Origin: Candidatus Bathyarchaeia archaeon
GTDB lineage: Archaea > Thermoproteota > Bathyarchaeia > Bathyarchaeales > Bathycorpusculaceae
DNA length: 64,000 bases
Reading direction: 5' to 3'
NCBI GenBank assembly: GCA_050010755.1
Contig: JBEKKK010000003.1
Span: 64,001 to 128,000 of the forward strand
The notes under the pieces were generated by a model. It worked only from the letters and a program-made list of their open reading frames with translations, did not search any database and had not been told where the DNA came from. Below, in pieces: positions 59,619-64,000 of the stretch (position 1 is the stretch's first letter; every line of letters starts with the position of its first letter). The translations under genes were made by a program, and so were the position numbers.

Positions 59619-59696
59619 TTAAAGGTCGTCCTCTGGGTCTGGGTCCTCATCATCGAATCCTGTTTCGTCTGGGTCCTCTGGTTCTTCTTCGTTCAA
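59619..59696 (-). CDS. Candidate 25-aa acidic micropeptide MNEEEPEDPDETGFDDEDPDPEDDL
   Basis: TTG 4 nt after the upstream stop, GGTGA SD. Confidence 0.4.
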   Translation of the reverse strand: MNEEEPEDPDETGFDDEDPDPEDDL

Positions 59697-59700
59697 GTTT

Positions 59701-60051
59701 TCACCGTCCTAACAAAACTTGTATAGGCTCTTCGTGAGGTGCTGTGTATATTGGCATTTCAAAGCACAAGTCGTTGTTTTTGCTAACCGCTTGAACGCTC
59801 TGTTTAGTCGCCGTTTTGATTTGCTTCATAATGTCCATGAATTCTTCGGTGTTGAATCCTATGTTTTCCGTGTAGATTTCCCAGATTTCAACTTTGTCTT
59901 TCTCTTCTTTGCCTTTGTCGTTGACCCAATACCCTGTAGCTTTTGGAATAATGGTTAATCCGTGAAACATTTTCACCAAAGATTTCCGTAACCGTTCTAA
60001 CACTTGAGCGTTTGGCATTTCCGTCTTGACTACAAAGATTTGTATCTTCAT
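59701..60051 (-). CDS. DUF3574/PII-like small protein
   Basis: F.GLT.....GYW....G....D.V...EI...Q pattern; ATGA coupled to the integrase. Confidence 0.55.
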   Translation of the reverse strand: MKIQIFVVKTEMPNAQVLERLRKSLVKMFHGLTIIPKATGYWVNDKGKEEKDKVEIWEIYTENIGFNTEEFMDIMKQIKTATKQSVQAVSKNNDLCFEMPIYTAPHEEPIQVLLGR

Positions 60052-61058
60052 GCTCTCACCTCTACTCGTCTTCGTTCGTTGACATATTCCTCTATTACCT
60101 CTTTGTCGGTTCGTAGGTCTGGACCTGTCATTTTTGCGGATTCAAATTGGTGAGTTTCTTTCTCGATGAGCTTGCGTAATGCAGACATTACTAGGTCGAG
60201 AGCTTCTTCTATGTTGTTTACTCGACCATTTCCGTTCGTGTGTTCCAGAGGCATTGAATCGATAACCTTCTTCCACGAATCTTTGAGGTCGTTTCTGTCG
60301 AGCATGTAGGTTAGGAGAGATTTGTCAACACTCTTGAACGAGAGAATTTTCACAATCGGCTCGGACAAACCTAGATTGATTGCTTGAGAAATCCAGATTT
60401 TTCTGAAAAGATGTTGATTGAGCCGTTTCTGAAACCCAGCAACTCGGCAAGCGTTCGCAATCATTTTGTCGATTCCCCTCTGGCTAGTCGGTAGCTGAAT
60501 GTTCGCCTCTTTCAATTGTCGAAACAGAGCCTTAGTTTCTTCACTGATGTAGCATTTGCCGACTACATTCTCTTTTTGGCTGATTAAAACGAATTCTCCC
60601 GTTTCGATTTGTTCGGGCGTTATCTTCAACAAATCGCTCATTCTTGCGGGACAATCTCGACTGAGGCTCAACCACGCTTTAGCCGAAATATCGCCGAGTC
60701 TGAAAACTTTCTGAATATCGTCTAAGCTGGGTCGCCAATTCTCAACTTTAATGCCGATAGCTGGAAGCTTGTTCTTTAGGTTCAACGGTTCTTTGATGTA
60801 AGCGAAGAAGCTCTGAACGGACACAACTCTAGCCCTAGCTGAATTCTTGTTCAAGCCTTTCTCTTTCTGCAACCATTGGAAAAATTGAAGCACCTTCGTT
60901 TCGGCTTTGGGCAAGCCTCTAAGCTCTTCGGCTTTACTCATCCCTAGAAACTCTAGGAAATAGCCCATTCCCTTCTTATAATGAATCTTCGTGCTTGCCC
61001 CTAGAATCTGGCTCAACCACTCTTCTTCTAGTCCCATATCATAACTCATTTTTCCCAT
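60048..61058 (-). CDS. Tyrosine recombinase/integrase
   Basis: N-terminal SAM-like domain (NSARARVVSVQSFF), CPARMSDL (R), KEN (K), HLFRK (HxxR), LTY (Y). Confidence 0.85.
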   Translation of the reverse strand: MGKMSYDMGLEEEWLSQILGASTKIHYKKGMGYFLEFLGMSKAEELRGLPKAETKVLQFFQWLQKEKGLNKNSARARVVSVQSFFAYIKEPLNLKNKLPAIGIKVENWRPSLDDIQKVFRLGDISAKAWLSLSRDCPARMSDLLKITPEQIETGEFVLISQKENVVGKCYISEETKALFRQLKEANIQLPTSQRGIDKMIANACRVAGFQKRLNQHLFRKIWISQAINLGLSEPIVKILSFKSVDKSLLTYMLDRNDLKDSWKKVIDSMPLEHTNGNGRVNNIEEALDLVMSALRKLIEKETHQFESAKMTGPDLRTDKEVIEEYVNERRRVEVRA

Positions 61059-61157
61059 CTCCCTTAACTTTTATGAAGTAGAAATCAGAACTGGAGGGTA
61101 AGGTTCATAGCTGAACCGAGATAGACTACTTTGTGTGGCAATTGCTGGGTGTTATGA

Positions 61158-61601
61158 ATGGTTGACATTTCAGAGATGTCTACGATAGTGGCAGCAGTAG
61201 GCGTGTTGATAGGTGTGGTTCTTACTGTCGTGGAGCTGAGAAATCTAGTCAGGCAGAGACAGACAGACCTTATAATGAAACTTTACTCGGATTTCGACAA
61301 TATCGAATTCCAGAAGGTATGGCGGGAGGTTTTGAACAGAGAAGCCAAGTACGTTCATGATTATGAGAATAAATATGGCTTCGCTGAATTAACCGCAGTT
61401 GGCATGTTCTTTGAAGGAATCGGTATTCTTCTTAAAAGAAAACTCATAGACATAGACCTAGTTGACGACATGTTCACTTCGCCTATCAAATGGACATGGG
61501 AAAAAATAAAGGATATAACATTAGAAGCCAGAAAGGACAGAAATCAACCAGAGATATTGGAGTGGTTCGAATATCTTTACAATGAAATGAAGAAAAGATA
61601 A
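61158..61601 (+). CDS. DUF4760-like membrane-anchored protein
   Basis: N-terminal TM; FFEGIGILLKR..ID..LV...W....EWFEYL. Confidence 0.7.
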   Translation: MVDISEMSTIVAAVGVLIGVVLTVVELRNLVRQRQTDLIMKLYSDFDNIEFQKVWREVLNREAKYVHDYENKYGFAELTAVGMFFEGIGILLKRKLIDIDLVDDMFTSPIKWTWEKIKDITLEARKDRNQPEILEWFEYLYNEMKKR

Positions 61602-61661
61602 CAACGACAGTAGGGTTTTCTCTACGCTCTTTCTAAGCTTGTTTGACCCGTTGATTCCAGC

Positions 61662-61682
61662 GTTTTTCTGTTCTGCACTTTC
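61662..61682 (+). repeat. 21-bp exact direct repeat, copy 2
   Basis: Identical to 47082-47102. Confidence 0.85.
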
Positions 61683-62040
61683 GATATATTCTTTTCTTTA
61701 GTCTAGTCTCTCGGTCCTCAAGGTTTTAGTTTAGTCTAGGCTTTAGTGCCTCAGTGCCTCTTAATCACTGGTGGTAAACTTACACAAAGTAACCCCTTTC
61801 TTTTTCTAGTTAATCTCTGTCAAAGGATAGTACGTTTATGACTACTAAAGTAGAAGAACAGCTTTATAGAAAGGTAGTTAAATCTAAGACTGTTCCAGAG
61901 ACTAAGACTGATTAAGACTACCATAGAATAATCTTTTCAAACAGTTCTATAAAGTATGTCCTAGACAGTGATAACATCGTTTGTCACAAAACAACATCAC
62001 AACTAACCTCACAAACGCAGAGCCGGGGGGTCTCACCACT

Positions 62041-62496
62041 CAACATGGAAATTTACGCTTACACATTACAAAGCAACATTACAACAGACGTAAAGAAAAA
62101 AAGGGGAGGGGGACACAGTCAACATTTGAAATCGTCCACTCCGACGGAATGTCAAACCCAGACACGAACAGAGAGAGAAGACAGACACTAAAACCATGCA
62201 AACAACATTTTCTGCCATTTTCGGAAACACGCGTCACCGCCAACATGGACACACACGTGGATCCATTACGCGTATCCATTACATCTGATGTGTGTGAAAA
62301 AAAGGGAGGGGCACCGTTCACCATCGAAATCTAACACAACCTCAGACGCAAACACGAAGAAAAAGGGCGAACTCAACTACCGCCAGGATCAAGTTTCAGC
62401 CTCTTTTCGGAACGCAGACGCGCAACATTGAAACCTTACAATGCAACATTACAAAGCAACATTACATCTGATGTAAAGAAAAAAAAGGGAGGGGCC
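62041..62496 (+). repeat. Three degenerate tandem units (about 185-200 bp period) ending in A-tract plus GGGAGGGG
   Basis: G-strings at about 62103, 62303 and 62487, each preceded by TTAC repeats and CAACAT(G/T)GA. Confidence 0.85.
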
Positions 62497-62609
62497 AAAA
62501 CGGGCAAGTCTCTTGTAACTCGGTTGAAAGGAATAGAGAGGTTTTCTCCCAAATTGCTTTAATAAGAGATTTTAGCCTTTATAGGAGAGGCCTAGAGGCA
62601 AAAACATTA

Positions 62610-64000
62610 ATGCTGATCCAAGAGGTCATCCTCGAAAACTTCATGTCCTACGAGTACGCGAGAGTACCGTTCAGGCCCGGCGTGAACGTCATCTGCGGAC
62701 CCAACGGCTCAGGAAAGTCCTCGCTGTTACTCGCAATCTCCGTGGCCCTTGGACAGTCTTACACGGAACGTTCCAGGAAACTCAGCGACCTCATACGCTG
62801 GAACAAGGAACAAGCCCGTGTCACCCTGATTCTGGACAACAGCAGACAGGGCAAGAACAGACCCGTGCAGAAATTCAACAAAGACCAACTCTTCCTCACA
62901 AGAGTCCTCCGCCGAGACGGAAACTACTGGTTCGAACTCGAAAACCGAGCCGTCACAAAAAACGACGTTGAAAGACTCCTAGGTAAGCTGGGCGTCGACC
63001 CGGACAACATACTCATCATAATGCACCAGAACATGGTCGAACAGTTCACCGTGCTCTCACTTCAGGAGAAACTGCGCATAGTAGAAGCAGCCGTCGGGCT
63101 CGAACCCTACCGCGAAAACGTGCTCCAAGCCCAAAGAAAACTAACCCACATACTCAGCCAAGAAGACTCCATGAGCAAACTCCTAGAGACAGCAGAACAG
63201 ACCCTCAACTACTGGAGAGAACAATACGACAGATACCAAGAAAAGAAACAACTGCAAACAAAAAGAAGATTCCTCGAAAGAGAACTCGCCTGGGCAGAAG
63301 CCTCAAGAAGAGAAGAAACACTCAGACAAATAGAAACCAACAGGAAAAAGCTCCACGAAGCCCTAACACATATAGAAGAAGAACAAAAAACCGTCAAGGG
63401 CAACCTGCAAGACCAACAGGACGAAAGCGGAAAACTCAAAAACGGCTGGAAACTACTCATCGATGAACGACTGAGCCTGGAACGCGAAAGAGCCACAAAC
63501 GCCTCAACAATCTCGCTATGCGAACAACTACAAACCGAAACAGCCATGATACACTCCCTCGTCGAAACTCATTCCGCCAAAACAGATTCCAAAGCCAGAG
63601 AAAACTCACAATTCAAACTCCTAAGAAGCGGATACCTAAAAGATCTAATACAGAACTCCAACGAGAGACTGTCAAAACTAAACAACCAGATAACCGGAAA
63701 CGAAACAAAAACCCAAGAACTCGAAGAAACGGCCGAAAAAGTCAACGGCCAAGTCCTAGAAATCCGAATCAAACTAGCCCTATTACAGTATCGCAGGGAA
63801 ACAGCAGAGGCCAACCTGAAAGAACTGGAGAAATCACTCTCAGACGCTCGAGCACGAGCAGAAGAATCAACAAAGAAAGCAGAACAAGTCGGCGCCCGAA
63901 TCGCCGCGATAAAAGAAGTCGGAGAAATTCTGGACGAAATAAGAATGACCGAAGGACACCTAGCCGCATTATCCGACGTCTCGGAAGACGTAGAACGCAT
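62610..64000 (+). CDS. SMC-family ATPase, Smc5/6-related/coalescin-like, 3'-truncated by window edge
   Basis: Manual translation MLIQEVILENFMSYE...ICGPNGSGKSS...ERSRKLSDLIRW...VDPDNILIIMHQN followed by coiled coil, open to the end; missing from ORF track. Confidence 0.88.
   Translation, partial: MLIQEVILENFMSYEYARVPFRPGVNVICGPNGSGKSSLLLAISVALGQSYTERSRKLSDLIRWNKEQARVTLILDNSRQGKNRPVQKFNKDQLFLTRVLRRDGNYWFELENRAVTKNDVERLLGKLGVDPDNILIIMHQNMVEQFTVLSLQEKLRIVEAAVGLEPYRENVLQAQRKLTHILSQEDSMSKLLETAEQTLNYWREQYDRYQEKKQLQTKRRFLERELAWAEASRREETLRQIETNRKKLHEALTHIEEEQKTVKGNLQDQQDESGKLKNGWKLLIDERLSLERERATNASTISLCEQLQTETAMIHSLVETHSAKTDSKARENSQFKLLRSGYLKDLIQNSNERLSKLNNQITGNETKTQELEETAEKVNGQVLEIRIKLALLQYRRETAEANLKELEKSLSDARARAEESTKKAEQVGARIAAIKEVGEILDEIRMTEGHLAALSDVSEDVER

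Larger units (their letters stand above)
52243..61700. mobile_element. Integrated tyrosine-recombinase element (provirus/plasmid/satellite-like), boundaries approximate
   Basis: Integrase, HNH and many small orphan ORFs; apparent shift to AT-rich composition; truncated gene at the left edge; no tRNA target seen. Confidence 0.8.

Noticed and set aside
61981-62334. 117-aa ORF and its antisense 81-aa ORF
   Set aside because: They run through the non-coding repeat array and have no motifs
62041-62496. Possible CRISPR array
   Set aside because: Units are degenerate with a period near 190 bp, the intervening segments resemble each other, and no cas genes are present
63209-64000. Minus-strand Ser-rich ORFs
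   Set aside because: Antisense to the SMC coiled coil

Overview
Archaeal chromosomal window. It is most likely Bathyarchaeia (TACK), inferred from dockerin-tagged ABC solute-binding proteins, VPEFP-type C-terminal sorting signals, an RHH-ftsZ pair, a DUF4760-like gene and an Smc5/6-like SMC. Positions 1-52220 are mostly host genes: a SelO-like kinase-fold protein, two tandem ChlI/ChlD-type chelatase genes, metG, ftsZ, a tRNA methylthiotransferase, pncB, a tupABC/ModE tungstate locus, surface proteins, two thiolase/DUF35 pairs, an ABC-2 exporter with a bactofilin-like protein, a type III PKS-like enzyme and a B12-dependent acyl-CoA mutase operon with isobutyryl-CoA mutase residues. About 52243-61700 is a tyrosine-recombinase element that looks AT-rich by eye, with an HNH gene, many small ORFs and structured intergenic regions. 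An SMC gene runs off the right edge. The most notable unannotated signals are four. (1) Conserved 5' promoter/RBS and 3' flanking modules recur around unrelated small genes inside and far outside the element, suggesting a gene-cassette system. (2) A 14-codon peptide ORF with its own promoter, operator and SD sits between a ComQ-like degenerate prenyltransferase and an MFS plus radical SAM/SPASM pair next to two PadR genes, a candidate prenylated-peptide signalling/RiPP locus. (3) A 62-bp palindrome/A-tract/G-string repeat lies upstream of smc and recurs 52 kb away. (4) Intergenic stem-loops in the element share one closing helix. All family assignments are from motif recognition by eye; no database searches were run. 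No tRNA, rRNA or CRISPR array was found.
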